64,000 bases of DNA. Source: Nitrospinaceae bacterium (GTDB lineage: Bacteria; Nitrospinota; Nitrospinia; Nitrospinales; Nitrospinaceae). Location of the stretch: the NCBI GenBank assembly GCA_965223665.1, contig OZ245011.1, positions 3,040,001 through 3,104,000 of the forward strand, written 5' to 3'. Made by a program: the position numbers and the translations under genes. This document shows, in pieces, positions 10,486 through 20,173 of the stretch (its first letter is position 1; every line of letters starts with the position of its first letter). The notes under the pieces were generated by a model. It was not told the DNA's origin. It was given only the letters and a program-made list of their open reading frames with translations, and made no database searches.

Positions 10486-11004
10486 ATGAAAACTAAAAAG
10501 TGGCTTTGGTTTCTATCAGTTTTTATATTGTTTCTATACTATCAGATTGACTATAAAAGATATTTTATAGAGAGCTCTGATGGCAGTAAGGTATTTACTG
10601 TTTGGGTCCGATATTTTGAATATTGTTATATAATTCCTGGGAAATATTATTTGCCCTATCTTCCTAAAGAAAATTATATAAAAACTGATGGCTGGAAAAA
10701 TTATTTAGATGTTGTTTTTAAGCCGCAAAATAAGGATAAATATGCTATAGCTATTTATCAGGAATTTAAAAAGTTTAACTTTGATAAGGGCATAAGGTTA
10801 TTTAAATCACAAAAATCACTGGAAGCCTATTATGGAATGGATGATGCGAGGATTTCAAGGGAAGATAAACTAAAAAGCTTGGAATATGTCTACGTTGATA
10901 TGGATGAAATATATGGTATTAGAGTAGTTCGCCATGAAGAGTTAATACAAACAAAAAAGAATTATGAAAAATTTTGGAAAGATATTAAGAAAGATAATAA
11001 ATGA
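10486..11004 (+). CDS. Putative immunity protein for the orphan toxin, N-terminal membrane anchor
   Basis: 11 nt after the orphan toxin stop, AT-rich, basic N-terminus followed by hydrophobic WLWFLSVFILFLYY. Confidence 0.7.
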   Translation: MKTKKWLWFLSVFILFLYYQIDYKRYFIESSDGSKVFTVWVRYFEYCYIIPGKYYLPYLPKENYIKTDGWKNYLDVVFKPQNKDKYAIAIYQEFKKFNFDKGIRLFKSQKSLEAYYGMDDARISREDKLKSLEYVYVDMDEIYGIRVVRHEELIQTKKNYEKFWKDIKKDNK

Positions 11005-11109
11005 TAAGCTTAAAATTAAATTTGTTATGATCCAAGGATTATAGTAGAAAAAATACTATAAAGATTGTATTGGGTTTCTATCGAAGCCAGTAAAAAGATC
11101 CTACCTCCC

Positions 11110-11472
11110 AGTTTGTGTACGATACCTGGAACCGTTTGCATGAGCTGACGTACCCGGATACGGAAGTGCTGACCTATCACTACGACTCCGGTGGATTGGT
11201 GCACGATGCTTCCGGTGTGAAAGGTGCCTTCCCTTACGCTTACTTCAGTAAACTCGAGTACGACCACTCACCGTGGGGGTGATATGATTCTTGAAAAGTT
11301 TCTTGGGATTCGGTAGGCTATTGAATTATCGTAAATTTATTTTGCCTCTAACCGCTAGTTTGGTTTGGGCAGCACAAGTTCGTCGAGTACGGCAACGGAG
11401 TAAAAACAACCTATGCTTACGATCCGTTAGACCGGCGCCTGTTCACCTTGAAGTCGGTGAAACCGGATACCA
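11110..11472 (+). pseudogene. Interrupted rhs YD-region remnant homologous to about 6799-7064
   Basis: 11110-11264 encodes FVYDTWNRLHELTYPDTEVLTYHYDSGGLVHDASGVKGAFPYAYFSKLEYD; 11363-11472 encodes FGQHKFVEYGNGVKTTYAYDPLDRRLFTLKSVKPDT. About 98 bp of unrelated DNA lies between; no start codon. Confidence 0.9.
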
Positions 11473-11605
11473 ACAAGTTAGTCTTTGTGTTTCACCTGGT
11501 GGTTCAGTAATTTCCAAAAGTTAAAAGGTTTATCTTTTAATTAGAGGTTGAGTTGTCTATCATAATTATGGAAAAATTAACATTGTTTATGCAAGGAAAC
11601 GAGAA

Positions 11606-12001
11606 ATGACCCAAGTTGGTAAATACATGAGCAACACTCTTTATACAACCACCCCGGACCAATATGCTCACATTGCCTTGGACGATATGTACAAAAACAA
11701 AGTGAACGCACTTTTAGTCAAGGATGGTGAGGATTTTGTCGGGATTTTTACAAAGACGGATTGGATGATCCTGGCCTTAAAAGGAGAGTGCGACCCTAAA
11801 TCTGTCAAGGTTTCTACATTAATGACGAAAATTGAAAGTACTGTCGATAAAGATCAGACTATTGCAGAGGCTAGCGCCCTCATCGAAAAAAAGAAAGTGC
11901 GACACCTGCCTGTCACCGACGGGGGCAAAATTGTGGGAATGTTTTCTGTAAAAGACATGGAAAAGTACTACCTGGATCTACATAAGAAAACCGATTTTTG
12001 A
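11606..12001 (+). CDS. CBS-pair domain protein
   Basis: VGIFTKTD and VRHLPVTDGGKIVGMFSVKD CBS motifs; AAGGA RBS. Confidence 0.85.
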   Translation: MTQVGKYMSNTLYTTTPDQYAHIALDDMYKNKVNALLVKDGEDFVGIFTKTDWMILALKGECDPKSVKVSTLMTKIESTVDKDQTIAEASALIEKKKVRHLPVTDGGKIVGMFSVKDMEKYYLDLHKKTDF

Positions 12002-12203
12002 CCTTCCTTGATTAACATTCACCTCCTATTCTTAATTCTCAGGCTAGAGGTTCCCTTCCGTTCCGGACTTCATTTTTACTATGAGTAAAAGGGTTTTTAC
12101 TTTTTTTAATCACTTTTTTTAAATTCTCTTCAACTATACGTTATATTAGATATTAGTTAAGGAATACTTCTTAAAGCTTATGTAAACCTCCTAAAACAAA
12201 CTG

Positions 12204-12842
12204 GTGCGAAACTTTTTAGAAAATTCAACGGATAAAAGTTTTTTTTCGATATTGCTGATTATCTTTTCCGTATTTTTTGTTTGGTCTGCAATTGATCCTT
12301 TTGATCGTTTTACCTGGTTTCTGGAAGTAATGCCAGCCATCATTGGATTAGTGGTTTTAGTCATTACTCATCCCAGGTTTCCATTGACTCGTTTCACGAT
12401 TTGTTTGATTTTGATCCACGCTATTATTCTGTTGATAGGAGGCCATTACACTTATGCTGAAGTACCTTTATTTAATTGGATCAAGGAAGCTCTAGATTTA
12501 TCTCGCAATCATTACGACCGATTGGGTCACCTCGCCCAGGGGTTTTTTCCCGCGATCATTGCCAGAGAAATTTTGTTACGCAAATCTCCCCTAGAACCGG
12601 GTAAATGGTTATTTTTTCTTGTGGTCTGCATTTGTTTATCGATTAGTGTGTTTTATGAGTTTATCGAATGGTGGGTTGCATTGGGCACCGGTGAATCTGC
12701 AGATGCATTTTTAGGTACACAAGGAGATGTTTGGGATACTCAATGGGACATGGCACTGGCAGGAACGGGAGCAATTTTAGCCCAAATCTTTTTTTCTAAA
12801 ACACATGATAGAGCTTTGGCACCCTTTACAGAAAAAGTTTAA
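12204..12842 (+). CDS. DUF2238 / YjdF-family inner-membrane protein
   Basis: TWFLEV, GGHYTYAEVPLF, RNHYDRLGH, FLGTQGDVWDTQWDM family motifs. Confidence 0.85.
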   Translation: MRNFLENSTDKSFFSILLIIFSVFFVWSAIDPFDRFTWFLEVMPAIIGLVVLVITHPRFPLTRFTICLILIHAIILLIGGHYTYAEVPLFNWIKEALDLSRNHYDRLGHLAQGFFPAIIAREILLRKSPLEPGKWLFFLVVCICLSISVFYEFIEWWVALGTGESADAFLGTQGDVWDTQWDMALAGTGAILAQIFFSKTHDRALAPFTEKV

Positions 12843-12854
12843 TAGTTCGAAAAA

Positions 12855-12893
12855 AATACCGCCCAAATTTCATACATAAATTAGGGCGGTATT
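12855..12893. terminator. Probable bidirectional intrinsic terminator
   Basis: Inverted repeat aataccgccc...gggcggtatt between convergent genes, flanked by A/T tracts. Confidence 0.7.
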
Positions 12894-12931
12894 AATTGTT
12901 GTTTGAAATAATAGTTGTTTACAGATGAAGG

Positions 12932-13468
12932 TTATAATTTAGTTTCTGTTCCTAAAGCCGAAGCAATTTTTTGAAGCATTTCCTTTTCCCCGGCGCTCAC
13001 ACGCTCTCCTCCAAATCCTAAAAATCCTCCTTCTTTAGCAGACATGGCGACTTTTTCTGCTACTGACATAGCCCATTCCTTATATTCCGAAGCTTCATTT
13101 GGAGTTGCTTTTTCGGAAAGTAAACTTTTGACCTGTTGACAATCTCGTAAACATTGTTCGAGAAATTTGTCTTTGGAATCCACTCCCTTTTCTTTCATCC
13201 GTTCCACACTTTTTTCTCGGAAATTTTTTGCTCGATCCCATGCACCTTCTTTCGGGCCAGCGCCCAGGTTGGGAAGAACACTTTGAATAAGTTCATTATT
13301 AGGGTATTCCTTTAAACCTGATAAAACTGATTTTGCATTGGACCAGCTTTCCTTTAAAGTTCCGAAAATACCACTACTCTCCGACATGGCGATAGTTGTG
13401 CCAATCATGGATGGCGTGTTTGTGAGCAAGAATATTTCTTCTTCTGAATATTTGTCCGCAAGTGCCAT
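12932..13468 (-). CDS. Conserved hypothetical protein (KEGGFLGFGGERVS family)
   Basis: 178-aa ORF with GGGGGAGGA RBS; C-terminal motif recognisable from a widespread uncharacterised family. Confidence 0.75.
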   Translation of the reverse strand: MALADKYSEEEIFLLTNTPSMIGTTIAMSESSGIFGTLKESWSNAKSVLSGLKEYPNNELIQSVLPNLGAGPKEGAWDRAKNFREKSVERMKEKGVDSKDKFLEQCLRDCQQVKSLLSEKATPNEASEYKEWAMSVAEKVAMSAKEGGFLGFGGERVSAGEKEMLQKIASALGTETKL

Positions 13469-13793
13469 AATCCTCCCCCTGACTTATTTGTTCTAATGTT
13501 TTGAAGAAAAATGAATTGTAACATAATTAGTTTGGACAAAAAATTGGTGTTGATTAAGGCCATAAATTACAATATATTAGTTGAGTTAAGCTAACTAAGG
13601 GTTTCTAGTTGGAGTCATTATGTTAGATTATTGAATAATATGGATATTTGTTTTTTAAATTAGAAAAATAGTCACTCGCCACTGCTTTCTTTAATAAATG
13701 ATTATTATAGTTGTCTGAAAAAAAGATTAATTGTAACCCTTCCTAAACCTTAGAAATATTCTTCAAAGAAATCATTTCCTCAGGAGAACCTTA

Positions 13794-14684
13794 ATGGATA
13801 TTCTTTTTGAAAAAATTCCTTACATATGGGAACTTTTAAACACCCCTTTATTTGAATTGGATGGAAACAAGGTTTCTCTTGTTTCATTTATCATTGCTTT
13901 ATTTATTCTCTTCGGGTTTTTCTTAATTTCTAAATTAATTGAACGAGGGGTACGCAACACTCTCAAAAATAAAACCATTGATCCGGGAATCAAAGGATCC
14001 ATTGAACGATTTTCTCGATACTTAACAATTATTGCTGGGGCGTTCATTGCACTGGATACCATTGGAATAAGTATGTCTTCCATTGCAGCATTAGGCGCGG
14101 TATTAATGGTAGGAATTGGTTTTGGATTACAAAATATAACTCAGAACTTTATTGCAGGTATCATCATTCTTTTGGAGCGACCCATCAAACAAGGCGATGT
14201 TGTAGTTGTTGGTGATGTTTCTGGAAGAGTTCGTGATATTCGGGTTCGATCCACTATCATAGAAACCAGAGATGATGTGGCTATTATTGTTCCCAACTCT
14301 CAGTTCATCGCGGAACAAGTGATCAATGACAGTTTTTCTGGCCACACTATTCGAAGAACTTTAAAAGTGGGTGTGGCTTATGGTTCGAATGTTCAATTAG
14401 TAACAAAAATTCTTATTGAGCTTGCTAATGCAAATGAACAGATTTTGAAGGATCCTGCACCTAAAGTCTTTTTTATGGATTTTGGAAGTTCGTCCTTAGA
14501 TTTTGAATTACGGTTCTGGGTAACAGAGCTTTGGGCTACAGATTCTATTCTTTCCGAATTAAGATACGATATTGATTGTGAATTTAGAAATGAAAACATT
14601 TGTATCCCCTTTCCTCAACGGGATCTGCATATCAAATCATCAGAGCCTCATTTTCGCCTCGCTTATGAACAGGGATCTTCTTAA
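13794..14684 (+). CDS. Small-conductance mechanosensitive channel (MscS family)
   Basis: GIGFGLQNITQNFIAGIIILLERPIKQGD, IVPNSQF, VGVAYGS, FGSSSLDFEL, IPFPQRDLHI. Confidence 0.93.
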   Translation: MDILFEKIPYIWELLNTPLFELDGNKVSLVSFIIALFILFGFFLISKLIERGVRNTLKNKTIDPGIKGSIERFSRYLTIIAGAFIALDTIGISMSSIAALGAVLMVGIGFGLQNITQNFIAGIIILLERPIKQGDVVVVGDVSGRVRDIRVRSTIIETRDDVAIIVPNSQFIAEQVINDSFSGHTIRRTLKVGVAYGSNVQLVTKILIELANANEQILKDPAPKVFFMDFGSSSLDFELRFWVTELWATDSILSELRYDIDCEFRNENICIPFPQRDLHIKSSEPHFRLAYEQGSS

Positions 14685-14743
14685 TTTAATATCATTCTCA
14701 TTTATCCGAGCGAATCGTCGTCAAATTAGTTTTTAATCAATTG

Positions 14744-15292
14744 TTACTTCATGAGTTTGGGGTTTGGAAGGTTTAGACCAAAGGCGGGAACTTTTTTATC
14801 TTGTTGCGTCAATTTTTGATATATCGCATGAAATTGGTTTGTATCTAATTCCGGATCTAGCAAGGTATTCAATTGTTGGGTTGTAATGGGTTGTTGAGAG
14901 CTTTCAGCAAATAGAGAAGTTCCTAATCCCATCCAATGCGGATAAACAAATTTATGATGAACTAAACTTTTGATCTCACCATAATATTTTAAAGCCATCC
15001 AAAGCACATGTTGGGCAATATATACAGGAACACATCGCCCAATGGCTGCAACACGGGATGGATTTTCCCCTGGATAACTCCAAAAAAATACCTCTGTTTG
15101 ACCCATTAATGAAAACTCTTTCCGCATTTCTCGAAACCTGGGTCTAAGTTTTTTTGAAAACCAGGCTTCAACCTTTACAGGTTGCTCTTCTATGGATGGG
15201 CAATTAGTTTCGGCCAATGAGTAATTCACATGAAATAATATTAGGCTGCTAACTAAACTTATGTAAGTTAAATACCGATAGATACTTTTCAT
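14744..15292 (-). CDS. Secreted hypothetical protein, paralog of 15879-16427
   Basis: Start moved to ATG 15292 (MKSIYRY..., 182 aa) gives a signal peptide ending SLA; shares AIGxCVPxYIAxHV and HWxGxGT motifs with the neighbour. Confidence 0.75.
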   Translation of the reverse strand: MKSIYRYLTYISLVSSLILFHVNYSLAETNCPSIEEQPVKVEAWFSKKLRPRFREMRKEFSLMGQTEVFFWSYPGENPSRVAAIGRCVPVYIAQHVLWMALKYYGEIKSLVHHKFVYPHWMGLGTSLFAESSQQPITTQQLNTLLDPELDTNQFHAIYQKLTQQDKKVPAFGLNLPNPKLMK

Positions 15293-15436
15293 ATTCACCC
15301 AATAGAACACAATTACTGTAAGTCTATGATGAATAAATACTAAAAGATGGCTTTTAGTTCTTTTCAAATTGTTTCCTAATAAAAATACAATAAAACCACT
15401 CTACCCTGATACTGAAAAATATAATTGGAGAAAAAA

Positions 15437-15877
15437 ATGAGAGATAAAAAGAAAATTGTAAATTTAGTTGTTGACCAAATAAGATCTCAAATAATTATTG
15501 GAACTGAAAGTAACCTGGATTCTATAGATAATCCCTTAAATGAATATGCTTTGGGTTACATTTTTGGCTTTAGTTGCGGTTCTTTTGAGAATAGTGAAAT
15601 TCGAAACTATTTAGAAAAAATGAGTATCCTAACTCAGGTATATTCAAAGCTTTTTGGGACCTATGGCGAACACTTTTTGAAAGAATCCCTGAGTTTACAA
15701 GGAAATCCGGATTTTCAAAAAGGGGGAAATTGCGGTTGGGAAGAAATGAAGCGGATCCTTTTTAGAGAAGAACGAGCCATGGGATTAGCTCGCTTCCTTA
15801 AAGAAGGTAAAGCAACTTTCGCTTTATCAACGCGAAAACCAGTTTTTCTTAATAATGCTGCCCTTTCTGTGGCATAA
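15437..15877 (+). CDS. Hypothetical protein
   Basis: ORF filling the gap between the paralogs; GGAG 6 nt before ATG 15437. Confidence 0.6.
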   Translation: MRDKKKIVNLVVDQIRSQIIIGTESNLDSIDNPLNEYALGYIFGFSCGSFENSEIRNYLEKMSILTQVYSKLFGTYGEHFLKESLSLQGNPDFQKGGNCGWEEMKRILFREERAMGLARFLKEGKATFALSTRKPVFLNNAALSVA

Positions 15878-15878
15878 A

Positions 15879-16427
15879 TTAGGGTTTGACCTTTTTAACA
15901 TTGGCAGGACGACTTCCAAAATAAGGAACGGTATCGTCTTGGACAGAAAATTTACGATATAGCGAATGAAACTCTTCAGTGCTGAGATTTGCGTTTAGCA
16001 ATTGTTGCACTTGATCAGGGGTTACCACCTGTTGGGAAGGTTCATCAAAGGTGGTAGTCCCAATTCCAATCCAATGAGTATGTAAAAAAGTTTGATTGAC
16101 CAAGCTTTTTATCCCGCCTGTATATTTCAATGCTTTCTTAATGACGTGTCGCGCAATATATGCCGGAACACATTTGCCAATTGCGATTACTTTTGCTGTT
16201 TCCCCTATTGGAAAAGGGCGGATTGCAGCTCGTGTATATCCTACCTCCAAAAACTCTTTAATTATTTGTTTTTTTTGCTTTTTAAATTTTTTTGAGATAT
16301 ATCCCTCGATCTTTACCTTTTTTTCCTCAACAGGTTGACAACCTTCAATCGCCTCGGACCAAGCATTTCCTTGAAAAATCGCACAAAATACCACACCTAA
16401 AATAAAAACAAATAAAGTTCGTTTCAT
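15879..16427 (-). CDS. Secreted hypothetical protein, paralog of 14744-15292
   Basis: Signal peptide MKRTLFVFILGVVF...AWS; full-length similarity to the paralog. Confidence 0.78.
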   Translation of the reverse strand: MKRTLFVFILGVVFCAIFQGNAWSEAIEGCQPVEEKKVKIEGYISKKFKKQKKQIIKEFLEVGYTRAAIRPFPIGETAKVIAIGKCVPAYIARHVIKKALKYTGGIKSLVNQTFLHTHWIGIGTTTFDEPSQQVVTPDQVQQLLNANLSTEEFHSLYRKFSVQDDTVPYFGSRPANVKKVKP

Positions 16428-16567
16428 TTCTATAACTGCCTTTCTAAATCCTGATTAAGATAAAACCATGTAATTCCTTCCATTTAATGGGGTTATGGTA
16501 AAATAAACCAATATAATGGAGGGCTTTCAATTAAATATGCCTGAAAACTCTGAAATTCAGGCGATTT

Positions 16568-16798
16568 TTATCTATTATTGTATTCATTTGCACATTTTAC
16601 ACTGCAAAAAAATAATTCTTCCCCGGACACATTTTTTTTTACTGCTTCGGGTTTAGGAATATAAATTCCGCAATTCGGGTCCCTGACCATTTCTGTGGAA
16701 TTTTGGGAAGAACCCTCCTGGTCAGATGGTTTTAAAAACCACCGAAGTAAAAGTAAAACCAGGGTGATAATTAATGCAATTATTGCTAACCGAGACAT
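16568..16798 (-). CDS. Small membrane-anchored YHS/TRASH-type metal-binding protein
   Basis: N-terminal TM; MVRDPNCGIYIP...FFCSVKC. Confidence 0.75.
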   Translation of the reverse strand: MSRLAIIALIITLVLLLLRWFLKPSDQEGSSQNSTEMVRDPNCGIYIPKPEAVKKNVSGEELFFCSVKCANEYNNR

Positions 16799-16883
16799 TG
16801 CTCATTGTACTTTTTATAGACCACCGAATCAATGGCTACGGATTTCATTTAAATTTGAGTGCTAGAAAGAAAAAACATCTTAT

Positions 16884-17897
16884 ATGAGTAAGAATTTACC
16901 AGAAAATCCTCAAGACCCAGATGATGAGAATATTCCTGATGAAGAGTTACTCCCACCTCTTTCTGAGGATATAGAGCCAGATAATTCTGAGGGTGAAGAA
17001 AATCAAGGTTCCAGTCAGCTTTTACCGGTGGTGCGTGAAGATCATTCCCTTGCTCCCCTTGACCCTTTAACAACTTATATTAATGAAGTTCGAAATTATT
17101 CAGAATTAACCGAAGAGGAAGAACATAATTTAGCTCTTCATTTCAAAGAAACCGGAGATGTAAAAGCCGCCTACCAATTGATCACTCACAATTTAATGTT
17201 GGTGGTTAAAATTGCTCTCACATTTCGCCGCGAGTGGGAAAATATGATGGACTTGATTCAGGAAGGTAATGTGGGGCTTATGAAAGCAGTTCAAAATTTT
17301 GATCCGTTTCGAGGAGTGAGGCTTCCGGCATATGCCAGTTGGTGGATTAAGGCTTATATTTTAAAATTTATTTTAGATAATTGGCGTTTGGTGAAAGTAG
17401 GTACAACCAATGCAAGACGCAAGTTACTTTATAACCTGCAAAAAGAAAAAGCGAAATTAGAAGCCCAGGGTTTTGTGCCTTCGTCGAAACAACTGGCTGA
17501 GCATTTTGGTGTAGAAGAACAAGATGTTATCGATGTAGAAGCAAGTTTAGGAGCTTATGATGTTTCTATGGATACTCCTACTAAACCGGACAGCACACTC
17601 ACCCCAATGAAAACACTCACCGATGGGGCTCACCCTGAGCAGGATGTCGAGACTCAACAATTTCATGAAGCGTTTCGTGAAAAAATTGCCCAATTTCTTG
17701 AAGACCTTAAACCTATCGAAAAAGAGTTATTTGCCACTCGAATTCTATCTGTAGACCCGACTTCCTTGAAAGAAATTGGGGAACATTATAATATCACCCG
17801 GGAAGCAGTCCGCCAGGCAGAGCAGCGCTTGCTTAAAAAGTTCAAAGCGTATATAACGGAGGCCATGCCAGAAGCTGAGGATTATTTCAAACTTTGA
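16884..17897 (+). CDS. rpoH: RNA polymerase sigma factor, RpoH/sigma-32 type
   Basis: DLIQEGNVGLMKAVQNFDP, YASWWIKAYI, NWRLVKVGTTNARRKLLYNL (RpoH-box-like), region 4 ITREAVRQAE. Confidence 0.85.
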   Translation: MSKNLPENPQDPDDENIPDEELLPPLSEDIEPDNSEGEENQGSSQLLPVVREDHSLAPLDPLTTYINEVRNYSELTEEEEHNLALHFKETGDVKAAYQLITHNLMLVVKIALTFRREWENMMDLIQEGNVGLMKAVQNFDPFRGVRLPAYASWWIKAYILKFILDNWRLVKVGTTNARRKLLYNLQKEKAKLEAQGFVPSSKQLAEHFGVEEQDVIDVEASLGAYDVSMDTPTKPDSTLTPMKTLTDGAHPEQDVETQQFHEAFREKIAQFLEDLKPIEKELFATRILSVDPTSLKEIGEHYNITREAVRQAEQRLLKKFKAYITEAMPEAEDYFKL

Positions 17898-17987
17898 GAT
17901 AAGTAGTATTTTCTGGGTTAGTTGCAGGATGTATTTATTCATATTAAAGAAATTTTTGGGTATTCATTAAATCAGGAGGAGGAATAA

Positions 17988-19376
17988 ATGGAACACCGGG
18001 TTGAAACCGATAGTATGGGAGAAATTAAGGTTCCCGCAAATAAGTATTATGGCGCCCAAACCGCTCGGTCTCTTATTCATTTTGATATTGGAATTGAAAC
18101 CATGCCGCGTGAACTGATCCGCGCAATGGGTATCCTTAAAAAAGCCGCGGCTACTGTTAACTGTGAGTTAGGGCTACTATCTGAAGATAAAAAGATTTTA
18201 ATGAATCAGGCAGCAGATGAAGTTATTTCCGGAGAGTTGGATAGCCATTTCCCTTTGCGTGTATGGCAAACTGGAAGTGGAACTCAAACAAATATGAATA
18301 CAAATGAGGTCATTGCAAATCGGGCCATTGAAATTAGTGGAGGAAAACTTGGGAGTAAAGACCCCATTCACCCGAATGATGATGTTAATAAAGGTCAGTC
18401 TTCTAATGATACATTTCCTACTGCAATGCATATAGCAGCGGTAGAAAAAATTAATGAAACCTTAATTCCTTCAATAGGAAAACTAAGGGATACATTGAAA
18501 AAAAAGTCGGAGGAGTTTAAAGAAATAATAAAAATTGGCCGAACGCATTTAATGGATGCAACACCTCTTACTTTAGGGCAGGAGTTTAGTGGGTATGTGA
18601 CTCAACTGGATAACGCTATTCAACGAATTGATGGATGTCTGCCTCGGTTGCTTCAAATTGCTTTAGGGGGAACTGCTGTGGGAACGGGAATTAATTCTCA
18701 TAAAGAGTTTCCTAAAAAAGTCGCCTCTGAAATTGCCAATCTGACGGGTCATCCTTTTATAACCGCTCCAAACAAATTTGAGGCACTTGCGGCCCATGAT
18801 GCAGTGGTTGAAGCAAGCGGGGTTATGAAAACAATTGCCTGTTCGCTGATGAAAATTGCAAATGATATTCGATGGTTGGGCTCTGGTCCACGCTGTGGAA
18901 TTGGGGAAATTACTTTACCGGCCAATGAGCCTGGGAGTTCTATTATGCCGGGAAAAGTTAATCCTACTCAGTCGGAAGCCATGACGATGGTGGCAGCACA
19001 AGTGATTGGAAATGATACGGTAGTTAACGTTGGGGGCTCGTCGGGTAACTTTGAATTGAATGTATTTAAACCGGTGATGATATACAATTTGCTGCAATCG
19101 ATTCGGCTTATTTCCGATGCTTGTAAATCCTTTAACGAACATTGCGCTGCAGGAATTAAACCCAATAAAGGGAAAATTGAAGAGCATCTAAAAAATTCTT
19201 TAATGTTAGTGACTGCTTTGAATCCACATATTGGTTATGACAATGCAGCCAAAGTAGCGAAAAAAGCATTTGAAGAAAATAGCACTTTAAAAGAAGCGGC
19301 AGTATCTTTAGGGCTGTTAACAGGAGAGGAATTCGATGAAAAAGTTCAGCCAAAAAATATGATCGGTCCGAAATAA
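17988..19376 (+). CDS. fumC: Class II fumarate hydratase
   Basis: [34 protein letters not shown] signature. Confidence 0.97.
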   Translation: MEHRVETDSMGEIKVPANKYYGAQTARSLIHFDIGIETMPRELIRAMGILKKAAATVNCELGLLSEDKKILMNQAADEVISGELDSHFPLRVWQTGSGTQTNMNTNEVIANRAIEISGGKLGSKDPIHPNDDVNKGQSSNDTFPTAMHIAAVEKINETLIPSIGKLRDTLKKKSEEFKEIIKIGRTHLMDATPLTLGQEFSGYVTQLDNAIQRIDGCLPRLLQIALGGTAVGTGINSHKEFPKKVASEIANLTGHPFITAPNKFEALAAHDAVVEASGVMKTIACSLMKIANDIRWLGSGPRCGIGEITLPANEPGSSIMPGKVNPTQSEAMTMVAAQVIGNDTVVNVGGSSGNFELNVFKPVMIYNLLQSIRLISDACKSFNEHCAAGIKPNKGKIEEHLKNSLMLVTALNPHIGYDNAAKVAKKAFEENSTLKEAAVSLGLLTGEEFDEKVQPKNMIGPK

Positions 19377-19380
19377 CCCT

Positions 19381-20148
19381 TTAAATTGGAGAAGATTTAA
19401 ATCGATCAATCAGTTGTAAGTTTTCTGTAAAACATTTACGAGTGGCAAGATGAGTGGTAAGAATGGTTGTTAGACTTGCTGTTCCCGCGATCATGAATAC
19501 AACGGCTAGTTGATACTTTACCGCTTCTAAGGGTGATCCTCCTGCAATAATAAATCCAGTCATAATTCCTGGTAAATGAACCAAACCAATTACCTTCATG
19601 CTATCTATCGAGGGAATTAGAGCAGCCCTAACTGATTTTCTTAGTGCCCGCTGACTGGCTTGAGCTTTGTTTGCCCCTAGCGCAAGTAAGGTTTCAATTT
19701 GGTTACTTTGATGCTTCATTTCTCCAATTAACCGGTTCATGGCCAGGGATGATGCATTCATTGAGTTTCCAATAATCATGCCTCCTAAGGGAATAATAAA
19801 TTTTGCTTCGGGAGCAATGATTCCTGCAGCAAACAATATTGAAAACGTTAATACAGATCCTGCAAGGATACCTATGAAAGCCACTTGGAAAGATTGAGGA
19901 ATTTCGTTTCCACGTTTTCCAGAAATAGAAGCTGCCACTCCGCACATTAATAACAATATCAAAAACAAAAATACTTTTCCTTCAATTTGGAAAATAGCTT
20001 CTAAAATGAAACCCATAACTATTAGTTGTATTAATGCTCGGGTAGAACCAATCATCAAATCTTTTTCTAATTTCAATTGATTGCTGTATGAAATAATCAT
20101 TGCAATCAATACTAAACCGTAAACTATCACTAAAGATTCAATATTCAT
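19381..20148 (-). CDS. fetB: FetB/YbbM (UPF0014) ABC transporter permease
   Basis: RALIQL, IIPLGGMIIGNSM, GLVHLPGIMTGFIIAGGSPLEAVKYQ. Confidence 0.85.
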   Translation of the reverse strand: MNIESLVIVYGLVLIAMIISYSNQLKLEKDLMIGSTRALIQLIVMGFILEAIFQIEGKVFLFLILLLMCGVAASISGKRGNEIPQSFQVAFIGILAGSVLTFSILFAAGIIAPEAKFIIPLGGMIIGNSMNASSLAMNRLIGEMKHQSNQIETLLALGANKAQASQRALRKSVRAALIPSIDSMKVIGLVHLPGIMTGFIIAGGSPLEAVKYQLAVVFMIAGTASLTTILTTHLATRKCFTENLQLIDRFKSSPI

Positions 20149-20173
20149 TTAAGTTACCTACAATTTATAAAAT

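Noticed and set aside
11291-11524. 77-aa plus-strand ORF
   Set aside because: Out-of-frame reading across the rhs remnant and its insert.
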